Origin: an uncultured Lentisphaerota bacterium
GTDB taxonomy: Bacteria > Verrucomicrobiota > Kiritimatiellia > RFP12 > UBA1067
Assembly (NCBI GenBank): GCA_900321255.1
Contig: ONVK01000001.1
Location: 16,907 to 80,906 of the forward strand
Direction of reading: 5' to 3'
Length of the DNA: 64,000 nt
Shown here: in pieces, positions 27,242-37,139 of the stretch
Layout: the number at the start of each line of letters is the position of its first letter
Numbering within the stretch: position 1 is the stretch's first letter
Made by a program: the position numbers and the translations under genes
The notes under the pieces: generated by a model
What the model saw: only the letters and a program-made list of their open reading frames with translations
Told to the model about the DNA's origin: nothing
The model's database searches: none

Positions 27242-29299
27242 ATGTCGGGTGCGGCGGAGAGGTCTCCGGGCGGCTTCGTCCTCAAGTCGAAGTTCAAGCC
27301 GACGGGCGACCAGCCCGAGGCGATCGCCGCGCTCTACGAGGGGCTGAGGCGAGGCGAAGACCGGCTTGTCCTCCAGGGCGTCACGGGGTCTGGGAAGACG
27401 TTCACGATGGCGAACCTGATCGCGAAATGGGGACGCCCTACGCTCATACTTTCGCACAACAAGACGCTGGCCGCGCAGCTCTTCGCGGAGCTCAAGGAAT
27501 TCTTCCCACGGAACGCGGTCGAGTACTTCATTTCCTACTACGACTACTACCAGCCTGAGGCGTACATCCCTCAGACCGACACCTACATAGAGAAGGACGC
27601 GTCGGTCAACGAGGAGATCGAGCGCTACCGCCTCGCGGCGACTAACGCGCTCATCGCCAGGCGCGACGTGATCGTCGTCGCGTCCGTGAGCTGCATCTAC
27701 GGCCTCGGCGAGAGCGACGAATACCGTGACCTCGCGGTCGGCTTCAAGGTCGGGGGGGCGATGTCGCGCGAGCGCCTCCTCGCCCGTCTCGTGGAGGCCC
27801 AGTACGTCAGGAACGACTATGACTTCGCGCCTGGCGCGTTTCGCGTGCGCGGGGACGTTGTGGACATCTTCCCCGCATACGAGACGAAGGCGATCCGCGT
27901 CGAGTTCTTCGGCGACGAAATCGACTCCATCCGCGAGCTCGACCCCTTGACGGGGAAGTGCGGCGTCTCGATGCCGGCCGCCGTCGTCACGCCGGCGAAG
28001 CAGTTCGTCATGGGGAAGGACAAGTTCGAGGCCGCGTTCGCGCGCATCGAATCCGAGCTTGACGACCGCCTGAAGTTTTTCGCGTCGAAGGGCAAGCTGC
28101 TCGAGGCGCAGCGCCTCAAGGAGCGCACGGAATACGACATCGAGATGATGCGCGAGCTCGGCTACTGCAACGGCATCGAGAACTACTCGCGTCCGCTCTC
28201 CGGCCGTGCGCCCGGCTCTCCGCCAGAGTGCCTTCTGGACTATTTCCCCGACGACTTCCTCACGATCATCGACGAAAGCCACGTGTCCGTCCCGCAGATA
28301 CGCGCGATGTACAACGGCGACCAGGCGCGCAAGTCGAAGCTCGTCGAGTTCGGCTTCCGCCTTCCTAGCGCAAAGGACAACCGCCCGCTCACCTTCGACG
28401 AATTCAACGCGAAAGTCCACCAGATAGTCTACTGCTCGGCGACGCCGGGAGACTACGAGTACGGGCAGTCGAAGACGGTCGCGGAGCAGGTCATACGCCC
28501 GACCGGGCTTCTCGACCCGCAGATCGAGATCCGTCCGCTCGCGAACCAGATCGACGACCTCGTCGCGGAGATTGAAAAGGTCGTCGCGGAGAAAGACCGC
28601 GTGTTCGTGACTACGCTGACGAAGCGCTCGGCTGAGGATCTTTCGCAGTACCTCCACAACGAGGGGATCCGCGTCGAATATCTGCACAGCGACATTGACG
28701 CGATCGAGCGCGTCGCTATTCTCCAGCGCCTGAGGAAGGGCGAGTTCGACGTCCTCGTGGGTATCAACCTTCTGCGCGAAGGGCTTGACCTCCCGGAAGT
28801 CGCGCTCGTCGCGATTCTCGACGCGGACAAGGAGGGCTTCCTCCGGTCGACGACATCGCTCGTCCAGACCGCCGGCCGGACGGCACGCCACGAGAAGGGG
28901 CGCGTCATACTCTATGCAGACCACCGGACGGACGCGATACGCGACCTTCTCCGCATAACGAAGGCGCACCGCGCGAAGCAGATCGCGTACAACGAGGAGC
29001 ACCACATTGTGCCGAAGTCTGTGAAGAGGGCGATCAACGAGTCCGCCTACGTCTTCGCGTCCGGCAAATCCGCCGGCGCCACGGGCGTCGTTGTCCCGTC
29101 GGAGGCGCTCGACCGTGGAGACGTTATTCTTGAACTCGAGCGCGAGATGCTCGAGGCGGCAGACGATCTCGAGTTCGAGCGCGCGGCGTATCTGCGCGAC
29201 CAGATCGCGAAGCTCAAAAGGACCGTTTCTGAAACCACGAAGCCCGCGAACCGCGCGAAAGGGAACCGCGCGGCCGGGAGGAAAGGCGGCAGAAGATGA
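27242..29299 (+). CDS. uvrB: excinuclease ABC subunit B
   Basis: GVTGSGKT Walker A, DESH, helicase motifs, and the C-terminal UvrB/UvrC interaction motif YLRDQIAKLK. The track ORF starts 16 codons upstream at 27194. Confidence 0.95.
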   Translation: MSGAAERSPGGFVLKSKFKPTGDQPEAIAALYEGLRRGEDRLVLQGVTGSGKTFTMANLIAKWGRPTLILSHNKTLAAQLFAELKEFFPRNAVEYFISYYDYYQPEAYIPQTDTYIEKDASVNEEIERYRLAATNALIARRDVIVVASVSCIYGLGESDEYRDLAVGFKVGGAMSRERLLARLVEAQYVRNDYDFAPGAFRVRGDVVDIFPAYETKAIRVEFFGDEIDSIRELDPLTGKCGVSMPAAVVTPAKQFVMGKDKFEAAFARIESELDDRLKFFASKGKLLEAQRLKERTEYDIEMMRELGYCNGIENYSRPLSGRAPGSPPECLLDYFPDDFLTIIDESHVSVPQIRAMYNGDQARKSKLVEFGFRLPSAKDNRPLTFDEFNAKVHQIVYCSATPGDYEYGQSKTVAEQVIRPTGLLDPQIEIRPLANQIDDLVAEIEKVVAEKDRVFVTTLTKRSAEDLSQYLHNEGIRVEYLHSDIDAIERVAILQRLRKGEFDVLVGINLLREGLDLPEVALVAILDADKEGFLRSTTSLVQTAGRTARHEKGRVILYADHRTDAIRDLLRITKAHRAKQIAYNEEHHIVPKSVKRAINESAYVFASGKSAGATGVVVPSEALDRGDVILELEREMLEAADDLEFERAAYLRDQIAKLKRTVSETTKPANRAKGNRAAGRKGGRR

Positions 29300-31953
29300 A
29301 GAAAGACGCACACGACAAGTACAGGGAGCTGAGTTCGCAGAGCGCCGTCAGCCGCGCGCTGCATTCGATCCGCACACGATACTCGCTTGCGACGGCGTTC
29401 TTCCTGCTGTTGAGCCTCCTGGTGTTCTACATAGGGGGGCGCATCGTCCTCGTCCACATGATGCGCGAGGCGGAACGCCAGGTGGAGGAGATAGGGTACG
29501 ACATTTCGCGCCTTGCGTACAGCCAGGCCGAGGCGGTCGCGCGGGACTGCAGGAAGTCGACGGCGGACATTGCGCGGCTTGTCGCCTCCGGCGAGCATCC
29601 GTCCATGGTCCTCTCGCGGCCGGAGTTCGGCATGATCTCCCTTGTCCTCGAGTTCTCCGGAGATGGCGTCTTCAAGTCCGGTGCGGCGAGGGGCATCGAC
29701 GGAGTTGTTCAGATTTCGCCTGCCGACATCGCCCCCTACGCCGCGCACTTTTCCGAATGGCTGGGGCCGAAGCGCGACGAACGTTCGCCGGCCGTCGGCC
29801 TTGTCCTGCTGTGCGGGAGGGCGCACTATGTGTTCAGGGGCCAGTCCGACGACGCGGGGCGGACTTGCATCGTCGCCGGCGCGCCGTTCAGCTCGTCAAT
29901 GTTCACTTCGAGCGTCAACGACGGATTCTCCGGCCTTGAAGTCCGCGTCGTGAACCGCAAGGTCGCGGTCTCTGTGTCCGTCGCGCCGTCCTCGGGCAGG
30001 AAGGTCGGCGATGACGGCTCGTCCTCGTTCGGAATCGCGCCGATGCTTTCCGAGGCAATAAACTTCTATTCCGGCGGATTCTGGAATCTCGGGGCCAATC
30101 CATACGAGGCTGTGTTCGCGCTGCGCGACATCGCCGGAAACGCCGTCACGATGATCTCGGTCTCGCTCCCGCAGTCGCTTTCCAACGTCACCCGCTCTGC
30201 GCTCGGCCGCTTCACGTTCTTCATCGCAGTCGTCGGAATAGTCCTTGTGCTCCCGATCTTCTGGTTCCAGGGAAGAGTGCTCCTGAACCCCCTGACGAAA
30301 ATGACTGAGGCGATAAGGAACCTCGGCGAACACCACAGGGACGTCGACTGCCCCCACCTGGAATGGGAGGGCAGAGACGAGTTCGCCATGCTCGCGATGT
30401 CGGTCAACCGAATGCTTGAGACGATAACGGCGAGAACCGTCAAGATCGCCCAGGTGGAGTCGAGGCACAGGGCCCTCATCGACAGCGTTCCAGACGCGCT
30501 CGTCGTGTTCGACCGGCGCGGGAGGCTCGTCGCGGTCAACAAGCAGCCAGAGGGAGCCCCGCCGCTGCCGGGAATGACGTTCGGCGAGGCTCCGGATGCG
30601 GCGACGTTCGGAGAGGACGGCGCCGGAGCGGTTGCGCGCGCGATAGACGCAGTGTTCGACTCGTCGCCCGTCGAGACCGTCCGGCTTGAGGTCCGCGGTG
30701 CAGAGCCGCGGCATTTCGAAATGCGCGTCACTCGCATGGACGAGGTTTTCGCGCTTGCTACGATACGCGACGTGACGAAGGAGGTCGCGGAGCACAGACT
30801 GCGCCTGGCGGCGGAATCGCGTGCGCTCGACGCGTCGAAGCGCGAGTCCCTCACTCTTCTCGCCGCGGGCATCGCGCACGACGTGAACAACGTTCTCTCG
30901 GTGATTCTCAACACCGTCGAGTCAGCCGCCGCCGAATCGGGCCGTGGGCTCGACATCGCCGCCATACGCGATGCGGTGAAGCGCGGGTCCAACATGACGA
31001 AGGAGCTGATGGCCTTCGCGGGCGACAACAAGGTGAATCTCATGAGGGCCACCCCCGGCTTCTTCGTGAAGGACGTGCAGGCGCTTGTGTCGCACATGGT
31101 GAGGGAGAACGTCGCCGTCTCGTACGATCTCGCAGAGGGGCTTCCGGACGTGGACGCCGACCCCAACCAGTTCTGGAAGGTGTTCTTCAACATCATCAAG
31201 AACGCAAACGAGGCGCTTGGCGAGAGGCCCGGCCACATAACGCTAGCGACGGACGCGTTCGAGATGACCGAGGAGGCCGCCGCCACGTTCATGTCTGAGC
31301 GACCCCTGATTCCCGGGCCGGGCGTCGTCTTCAAGATCACGGACGACGGTCCCGGGATACAGCCTGATCTGCTGCCGAAGCTTTTCGACCCCTATGTGTC
31401 TTCCAAGGCCATGGGGCGAGGCCTCGGCCTTGCGACGGTCCGCACGATCGTGGAGGCTCACGGCGGCGGCATAAAGGTGGAGAGCGTCGTAGATCACGGC
31501 ACGACCTTCACCATCTACCTGCCCCAGACGAAGATGCCGGCCGACGCCGCGGAGTCTTTCGAGGCGCCGAAGAAGGCCCCCGGGTCGCTGCCGTCGGAGG
31601 TTCTTGTAGTCGATGACGACGAGGCGATACTCAAGACGCTGTCGATCCTGCTGAAGTCGCTTGGAGTCGCCGCGCATGTGGCGCGTGACCGCGCTTCCGC
31701 GCTTGCAGTGGTGAGGCGGCGTACTAACCGCGTCGACGCCATAATGATGGATGCGCATATAGGGGGTGTCGATGTAGTGCGGCTCTTCGACGCGTTCCGC
31801 CTCGCCTCTCCGGAAATCCCCATTGTCGTCGTCTCTGGGTCTTCCGAGGAGGAAATACTCAAGATGTTCGGTTCCCGCAGATACAACGGATTCCTCGGCA
31901 AGCCGTTCACGCTCGACGAACTGAAGTCAATGCTGCTTAACATGTTTGCGTGA
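29296..31953 (+). CDS. hybrid sensor histidine kinase / response regulator
   Basis: Two TM segments flanking a periplasmic domain, then HAMP, PAS, HisKA (AAGIAHDVNN, H-box), HATPase (DDGPGI, GRGLGL) and a C-terminal REC (VLVVDDDEAIL). ATGA overlap with uvrB. Confidence 0.85.
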   Translation: MKKDAHDKYRELSSQSAVSRALHSIRTRYSLATAFFLLLSLLVFYIGGRIVLVHMMREAERQVEEIGYDISRLAYSQAEAVARDCRKSTADIARLVASGEHPSMVLSRPEFGMISLVLEFSGDGVFKSGAARGIDGVVQISPADIAPYAAHFSEWLGPKRDERSPAVGLVLLCGRAHYVFRGQSDDAGRTCIVAGAPFSSSMFTSSVNDGFSGLEVRVVNRKVAVSVSVAPSSGRKVGDDGSSSFGIAPMLSEAINFYSGGFWNLGANPYEAVFALRDIAGNAVTMISVSLPQSLSNVTRSALGRFTFFIAVVGIVLVLPIFWFQGRVLLNPLTKMTEAIRNLGEHHRDVDCPHLEWEGRDEFAMLAMSVNRMLETITARTVKIAQVESRHRALIDSVPDALVVFDRRGRLVAVNKQPEGAPPLPGMTFGEAPDAATFGEDGAGAVARAIDAVFDSSPVETVRLEVRGAEPRHFEMRVTRMDEVFALATIRDVTKEVAEHRLRLAAESRALDASKRESLTLLAAGIAHDVNNVLSVILNTVESAAAESGRGLDIAAIRDAVKRGSNMTKELMAFAGDNKVNLMRATPGFFVKDVQALVSHMVRENVAVSYDLAEGLPDVDADPNQFWKVFFNIIKNANEALGERPGHITLATDAFEMTEEAAATFMSERPLIPGPGVVFKITDDGPGIQPDLLPKLFDPYVSSKAMGRGLGLATVRTIVEAHGGGIKVESVVDHGTTFTIYLPQTKMPADAAESFEAPKKAPGSLPSEVLVVDDDEAILKTLSILLKSLGVAAHVARDRASALAVVRRRTNRVDAIMMDAHIGGVDVVRLFDAFRLASPEIPIVVVSGSSEEEILKMFGSRRYNGFLGKPFTLDELKSMLLNMFA

Positions 31954-31991
31954 GTTTTGGTCGATCTGGAGAAGACTCCGCCTCCTCTTTT

Positions 31992-32000
31992 TGGTATAAT
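31992..32000 (+). promoter_or_regulatory. extended -10 promoter TGGTATAAT
   Basis: TTTTTGGTATAAT about 65 nt upstream of ORF 32066, which has an AAAAGGAGAAAC RBS. Confidence 0.45.
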
Positions 32001-32065
32001 ATGGGCGTCGCTTTCAGGGTGCGGTTCGCAAGGGCCGCGCGAAGGCCGAACCCAAAAGGAGAAAC

Positions 32066-32986
32066 ATGAGCGAGGAAAACATGAACGTCGGCGAAAACGC
32101 CGAAAACGCCGAAAACACCGGAAGCGCCGAGAACCTCGGAAGCGCCGAGAACGTCGGCAACACCGAGCGCAGCAATGCATCCAGGATCGTGACCGAGAAG
32201 ATCGGCGAATACAGCGGCAAGGTCGACGGCTGGGTCGAAGGCGCGCTTGGCGTCATCGGAAACCGCCCGTGGGATTCGTGGCTCGACACGGCGAATGGGT
32301 ACATCTCCAGGCTTCTGCCTGCGGTGATCGCCCTTGCCGGCATCCTCGCCTGCTTGACCGGCCTTGTTACCATGATAAAGGACGACGCCCCGTTTTCATT
32401 GGTCGTGAAGCAGCTTTTTGTCCTCGTCCCGGCGGTCTTTGCCATGCATCTTGCGCCAAAGGCCCTCGCGCTCGCGCGTTCGTTCATCGAGAAGGGCGAG
32501 CCCGCGGTCATCCGTCCCGAATTGATGTACATCATGAAAGTGGTGTGCGGAATCGGCGGGCTGATCCTCGGCGCGTACCTGCTTCTGAATTTCGACGGGG
32601 CTCTTGCGGTTCTTGCGATATCCGTGATAATCTTCGCCGTTCTGATGGTCATATGCCTTGAGCGTCCCGGCATCGTCGGCGTAAAGCCAGGGTATCCGGT
32701 CAACTGCGTCGAGGAGGTTATTGCGCTCGTGCTGTTCCCGATCAGGATGGTCATTGCGCTGCTCACCCTGCTCATCGGCATGGCGGCGGTTGGCGGTCTC
32801 GTCTACGGCGTTGTGCAGTGGTTTGACAGCGGAATGTACGCGGCGCTGGTGTTCGGCGCGACTGCGATCGTTCCGTTCGCGATTCCGCTTCTCGTCTATT
32901 TCCTCTATCTTGTCGTGGTGTTCACGCTTGATTTCTACAGGGCGATAGTCTCGATCCCGCGCAAGTTGGACGAGCTCAAGAAGTAG
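32066..32986 (+). CDS. hypothetical membrane protein with N-terminal ENAEN repeat
   Basis: 306 aa with an acidic N-terminal repeat (ENAENAENTGSAENLGSAENVGNTE) encoded by 9/18-bp tandem DNA repeats, followed by at least 6 TM segments. Confidence 0.5.
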   Translation: MSEENMNVGENAENAENTGSAENLGSAENVGNTERSNASRIVTEKIGEYSGKVDGWVEGALGVIGNRPWDSWLDTANGYISRLLPAVIALAGILACLTGLVTMIKDDAPFSLVVKQLFVLVPAVFAMHLAPKALALARSFIEKGEPAVIRPELMYIMKVVCGIGGLILGAYLLLNFDGALAVLAISVIIFAVLMVICLERPGIVGVKPGYPVNCVEEVIALVLFPIRMVIALLTLLIGMAAVGGLVYGVVQWFDSGMYAALVFGATAIVPFAIPLLVYFLYLVVVFTLDFYRAIVSIPRKLDELKK

Positions 32987-33015
32987 GAAAATCCTCTGGC
33001 AACGGGGAGGTTACG

Positions 33016-35022
33016 ATGGCAAGACTCCTGGACGACGTATATCTCAAGCCGTTTGAGGCGGCGATACGCGGGCGCGCGCAGCATGCCTTCGACCGGGCGC
33101 GCGAACTTACGGCGGGCAAGTGCTCTCTCGCCGACTGGGCCTCTGCGCACGAATACTACGGCCTCCACCGCACGAAGCGCGGGTGGGTGTTCCGCGAATG
33201 GGCGCCGAATGCGACGAGCATGTGGCTCGTCGGTGACTTCTCCAAGTGGAAGATCGACCCCCGCTTCGAGTGCTTCAGGATCCCCAGGACCGACGTCTGG
33301 CAGTGCAAGGTCGCCGCGGGGCTTATCAAGAAGGGCGACAACTACCGTCTTGAAATGCGCTGGGAAGGGGGGCACGGCGAGCGGATCCCCGCGTATGCGC
33401 GCTACGTCGTTCAGGATCCCGAGACCAACCTCTTCTGCGCGCAGGTCTACGAGTCGAAGTACAAGTGGCGCCACCCGTCTCCAACGACCAAGCTCAAGAC
33501 GCCGTTCATCTACGAGGCGCATGTCGGCATGGGCGGCGAGGAGGAGCGTGTCCACACCTACGCGGAGTTCCGCGACAACGTGCTTCCGCGCGTGAAGAAG
33601 GCCGGCTACAACGTCGTCCAGCTCATGGCGATCATGGAGCATCCGTACTACGGCTCCTTCGGCTACCACGTCAGCTCCTTCTTCGCCGCGTCCTCTCGCT
33701 TCGGCACGCCCGACGATCTCAAGTCGCTTGTCGACACCGCGCACGGCATGGGTCTCCGCGTCATCATGGACCTCGTCCATTCGCACGCGGTCAAGAACGA
33801 GCGCGACGGCCTCTCGCTATTCGACGGAACAGACTACCAGTACTTCCATTCCGGCGCCAAGGGGTGGCACAGCGCGTGGGACAGCCGCTGCTTCGACTAC
33901 GGGAAGACCGACGTCATACACTTCCTCCTCTCGAACTGCCGCTTCTGGCTCGACGAATACCGCTTCGACGGCTACCGCTTCGACGGCGTGACCTCCATGC
34001 TTTTCTGGAACCACGGCCTGGGCGATGCGTTCACGAACTACGGCATGTACTTCAACGGATCCGTCGACGACGACGCGTGGGCATACCTCCAGATGGCGAA
34101 CCGCGTCATCCACGAGTCGCATCCCGGCGCGATCACGATCGCCGAGGACGTCTCTGGGATGCCGGGCGTCGCCGCGGGCGCGAAGGACTGCGGCATTGGC
34201 TTCGACTACCGCATGGCGATGGGCGAGCCGGACTTCTGGTTCCGCCTTGCGGAGAAGGTGCGCGACGACGACTGGCCGATGGACGGGATATTCTGGGAGC
34301 TCACGAACAAGCGCGCCGAGGAGAAGGTCGTCTCCTACGTCGAGTCGCATGACCAGGCGCTCGTCGGCGGCAAGACGTTTTTCTTCCAGCTTGCCGACGC
34401 CGCTGTCTACTTTGGCATGGCCAAGGGGCAGCACGGCATCGAGACCGACCGCGCGGTCGCGCTCCACAAGATGGCGCGTCTCGCGACGGCCGCGCTCAAC
34501 GGCGGCGCGTACCTCAACTTCATGGGCAACGAGTTCGGCCACCCCGAGTGGATCGACTTCCCGCGCGCGGAGAACGGCTGGAGCTACCACCACGCCAGGC
34601 GCCTGTGGTCGCTGAGGGACGATCCGAACCTGCGCTTCAAGGGGCTCGCAGACTTCGACGAGACGATGCTTTCGGAGCTGAAGAAGTCGCGCGCGCTCTT
34701 CGGCGGCGGCGCGAGCGCGATCCCGACAAAGCTCGTGGCAAACGAGCCTGACAAGGTGCTTGCGTTCGTGCGCGGCGACATGCTTTTCGTCTTCAACTTC
34801 AATCCGGTGAAGTCGTTCGAGGACTACGGCGTGATAGTGCCGCCGGCGTCCGACTGGAAGCACGTCTTCGACACCGACGAGCCGAGGTTCGAAGGCCAGG
34901 GCCGCATCATGCCGGGGATGACTTATTCCCCGTCGCTCGTCCTCGACCGCGGCGAGCTCATCCAGCAGATAAAGCTCTATCTCCCTGCACGGACCGCGAT
35001 TGTCTTAAGGCGGACAATTTGA
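33016..35022 (+). CDS. glgB: 1,4-alpha-glucan branching enzyme (GH13)
   Basis: GH13 catalytic regions DLVHSH, YRFDGYRFDGVTSML, FMGNEFGHPEW and YVESHDQA. Confidence 0.9.
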   Translation: MARLLDDVYLKPFEAAIRGRAQHAFDRARELTAGKCSLADWASAHEYYGLHRTKRGWVFREWAPNATSMWLVGDFSKWKIDPRFECFRIPRTDVWQCKVAAGLIKKGDNYRLEMRWEGGHGERIPAYARYVVQDPETNLFCAQVYESKYKWRHPSPTTKLKTPFIYEAHVGMGGEEERVHTYAEFRDNVLPRVKKAGYNVVQLMAIMEHPYYGSFGYHVSSFFAASSRFGTPDDLKSLVDTAHGMGLRVIMDLVHSHAVKNERDGLSLFDGTDYQYFHSGAKGWHSAWDSRCFDYGKTDVIHFLLSNCRFWLDEYRFDGYRFDGVTSMLFWNHGLGDAFTNYGMYFNGSVDDDAWAYLQMANRVIHESHPGAITIAEDVSGMPGVAAGAKDCGIGFDYRMAMGEPDFWFRLAEKVRDDDWPMDGIFWELTNKRAEEKVVSYVESHDQALVGGKTFFFQLADAAVYFGMAKGQHGIETDRAVALHKMARLATAALNGGAYLNFMGNEFGHPEWIDFPRAENGWSYHHARRLWSLRDDPNLRFKGLADFDETMLSELKKSRALFGGGASAIPTKLVANEPDKVLAFVRGDMLFVFNFNPVKSFEDYGVIVPPASDWKHVFDTDEPRFEGQGRIMPGMTYSPSLVLDRGELIQQIKLYLPARTAIVLRRTI

Positions 35023-35028
35023 TATAAT
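35020..35028 (+). promoter_or_regulatory. extended -10 promoter TGATATAAT for tRNA-Lys
   Basis: TTTGATATAAT 19 nt upstream of the tRNA 5' end. Confidence 0.45.
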
Positions 35029-35046
35029 ACGCCCCACTTCAGACCT

Positions 35047-35122
35047 CGGACTGTAGCTCAGTTGGTAGAGCACGACACTTTTAATGTTGGGGTCGCGGGT
35101 CCGATCCCCGCCAGTCCGACCA
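35047..35122 (+). tRNA. tRNA-Lys (anticodon TTT)
   Basis: Acceptor CGGACTG/CAGTCCG, D-arm GCTCAGTTGGTAGAGC, anticodon loop CTTTTAA, T-arm GGGTCCGATCCCC, encoded CCA. Confidence 0.85.
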
Positions 35123-35765
35123 CCTCCGAAAGTTGACGGTTGATAGGTGCGCTTCCGTCGCGCGGTTTAGCCGTGTAGAGGTGTAGAGGGGGAGAGTTTG
35201 TAACGCAGAGGCGCGTGCGCGGAGGGGATATTTCGGCTTAAGGCTAAAAATCGCCGCGCCGCCCGATGGCTCGCCCTCGCTTTCGCTTCGGGTTGGCTCG
35301 TGCACCGCACGAGCCACCGACAAGCGGCGGTTACCGCGGGGCTCTCGTTCGGCTACAGGGTCGCGACGGCTCTCACACATCAGACAATTAACCGAGTTTA
35401 GCCATAACCGCCGCGCAAGCGGGGCTCGCGTTTTGTAGCGAGCCAAGCCGAGCGAAGCGAGTGCCGAGCCGTGCCTCGGCGCATATCACTGGTTGCGTAC
35501 GCAAGTCACTCTTACGCCTGCGACCTTCCGCCTGCCTCACCCGCGACCATCGGCTCGGCTTGGCGATAGCCATGCGGCAGAAAACGCATTGCGCCAAAAC
35601 ACGCCCCACCGCGCACGCGCCTTGACTTTCCCCGCCGCTACGCCGACTCTGATCTGCCCCTAATCGACCCTAAACATTACTAATCCGACCTTGCCGCTCG
35701 TGCGCGGCAAATCTGCCGAGATTTATATTTTGCAAAATCTTGCCACTCTACCATGAGTGGTTTTG

Positions 35766-35774
35766 TGGTATAAT
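35766..35774 (+). promoter_or_regulatory. orphan extended -10 promoter TGGTATAAT
   Basis: The 15-mer TTTTGTGGTATAATA is identical to the one at 36154-36168. No ORF in the 390 nt downstream. The perfect palindrome ATTTTGCAAAAT lies at about -43 to -32. Confidence 0.4.
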
Positions 35775-36138
35775 ACCGAACGGCAGAGGGAAAGGATAGT
35801 GTCTGTGTTCTCGGCTTTGGCATTCCGGCGCAGGCCGGGAGTCGCCTCGGCGACGTTATGAGCGACCTAGGCGCGGTCTGCACCGCGACGCGGCCCGGCG
35901 AGTGTCGCGAATACCGAGCGGCGAGAGCTCGAAGAGCGGAGTCGACGCGTTCGCCCGAGGCGAGCTGCCCGGCCGGAGCCGGACTTGCAGGCGGCAATCG
36001 GCGAAGGAGTGTTTCGGCGCGACGATTGGAGGGCGCAAGAATCGCGCCACAAGAAGGCAAATCGCGCGCGTCCGCTTAGCCCGGCACGAGCACAGGCGAA
36101 AAATCGTGAAACTCCAGCGCCTATGTCGCCTATGTCGG

Positions 36139-36166
36139 TGACCGATTGGGGATTTTGTGGTATAAT
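36139..36166 (+). promoter_or_regulatory. promoter (-35 GTGACC, TGGTATAAT)
   Basis: The -10 ends 7-8 nt before the ATG at 36174, giving a leaderless start for the DUF1080 lipoprotein. Confidence 0.5.
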
Positions 36167-36173
36167 AGTGCGC

Positions 36174-37136
36174 ATGAACACGAAAATACTCTCTACGTTG
36201 GCGGCGGGGCTTGCCCTCGCCGGGTGCTGCACATGCGACTTCGGCGTCGATCCCAAGGATCCGGTCGTCGGCAACTGGGGCCTCAAGCTCGGCTACGAGA
36301 GCATGAACGCCGGCCACATGATCGTCTCGCGCGACGCGGACGGCAAGGCGCAGGCGCTTGTCCTCTGGCGCTGGGCTTCTCCGATACCGATGAACAACGT
36401 CGTCGTTGACGGCGGCAAGATCACGTTCGACCATCCGTGGGGCTTCAAGTTCGAGGGTGCTGTCAACGGCAACGAGCTTGTGGCAACCGCGACAAAGAAG
36501 GACGGCAAGGTCGAGACGACCGTCACCGGCTGGCGCAACCCCGTCATCAAGCCCGCGTCGACGAAGGACGCGAAGCTCGGCGAGCCGATCGATCTCCTTG
36601 CCGACGGCCTCGACGGCTGGAAACTGATGGACGAGAAGGCCAAGAACGGCTGGAAGTTCAAGGACGGCGTGCTTTCAAACGAGCTCGGCCTCAAGCCCGA
36701 CGGCTCCTGGGCGGGCGGCGGCGCAAACCTCATGTCGAAGCGCACCGACTTCTACGACTTCAACCTCGAGTACGACGTTCGCGTGCCGAAGAAGTCCAAT
36801 TCGGGTGTATATCTCCGCGGCCGCTACGAGTGCCAGGTGCTCGACAGCTACGGCCAGCCCGTGAACGAGCACAACATGGCCGCCTACTACGGCCGCGTCG
36901 TGCCGAAGGTCGCCGCCGAGAAGCCCGCGGGCGAGTGGCAGCACGTCTCCGTCACGCTCTACAAGCGCCATCTCACCGTCGTCCTCAACGGCGTCACCAT
37001 CATCGAAGACGCGCCTGTCGTCGGCATCACCGGCGGCGCGATCGACGCGAACGAGTTCGTGCCCGGCCCCATCTATCTCCAGGGCGACCACTCCGACGCG
37101 GACTTCAAGAACATGATCCTTCGCCCCGCGAAGTAG
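36174..37136 (+). CDS. DUF1080 (3-keto-disaccharide hydrolase-like, LamG fold) lipoprotein
   Basis: Lipoprotein signal MNTKILSTLAAGLALAGC. C-terminal VYLRGRYECQVLDSY...GPIYLQGDHS...FKNMIL is the DUF1080 signature. The track ORF 35985..37136 is over-extended upstream. Confidence 0.7.
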   Translation: MNTKILSTLAAGLALAGCCTCDFGVDPKDPVVGNWGLKLGYESMNAGHMIVSRDADGKAQALVLWRWASPIPMNNVVVDGGKITFDHPWGFKFEGAVNGNELVATATKKDGKVETTVTGWRNPVIKPASTKDAKLGEPIDLLADGLDGWKLMDEKAKNGWKFKDGVLSNELGLKPDGSWAGGGANLMSKRTDFYDFNLEYDVRVPKKSNSGVYLRGRYECQVLDSYGQPVNEHNMAAYYGRVVPKVAAEKPAGEWQHVSVTLYKRHLTVVLNGVTIIEDAPVVGITGGAIDANEFVPGPIYLQGDHSDADFKNMILRPAK

Positions 37137-37139
37137 GCC

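Noticed and set aside
35858-36141. ORFs 35858..36079 and 35902..36141 inside the ORF-free region
   Set aside because: Arg/Ala/Gly-rich artifact composition with no RBS. The region is treated as non-coding.
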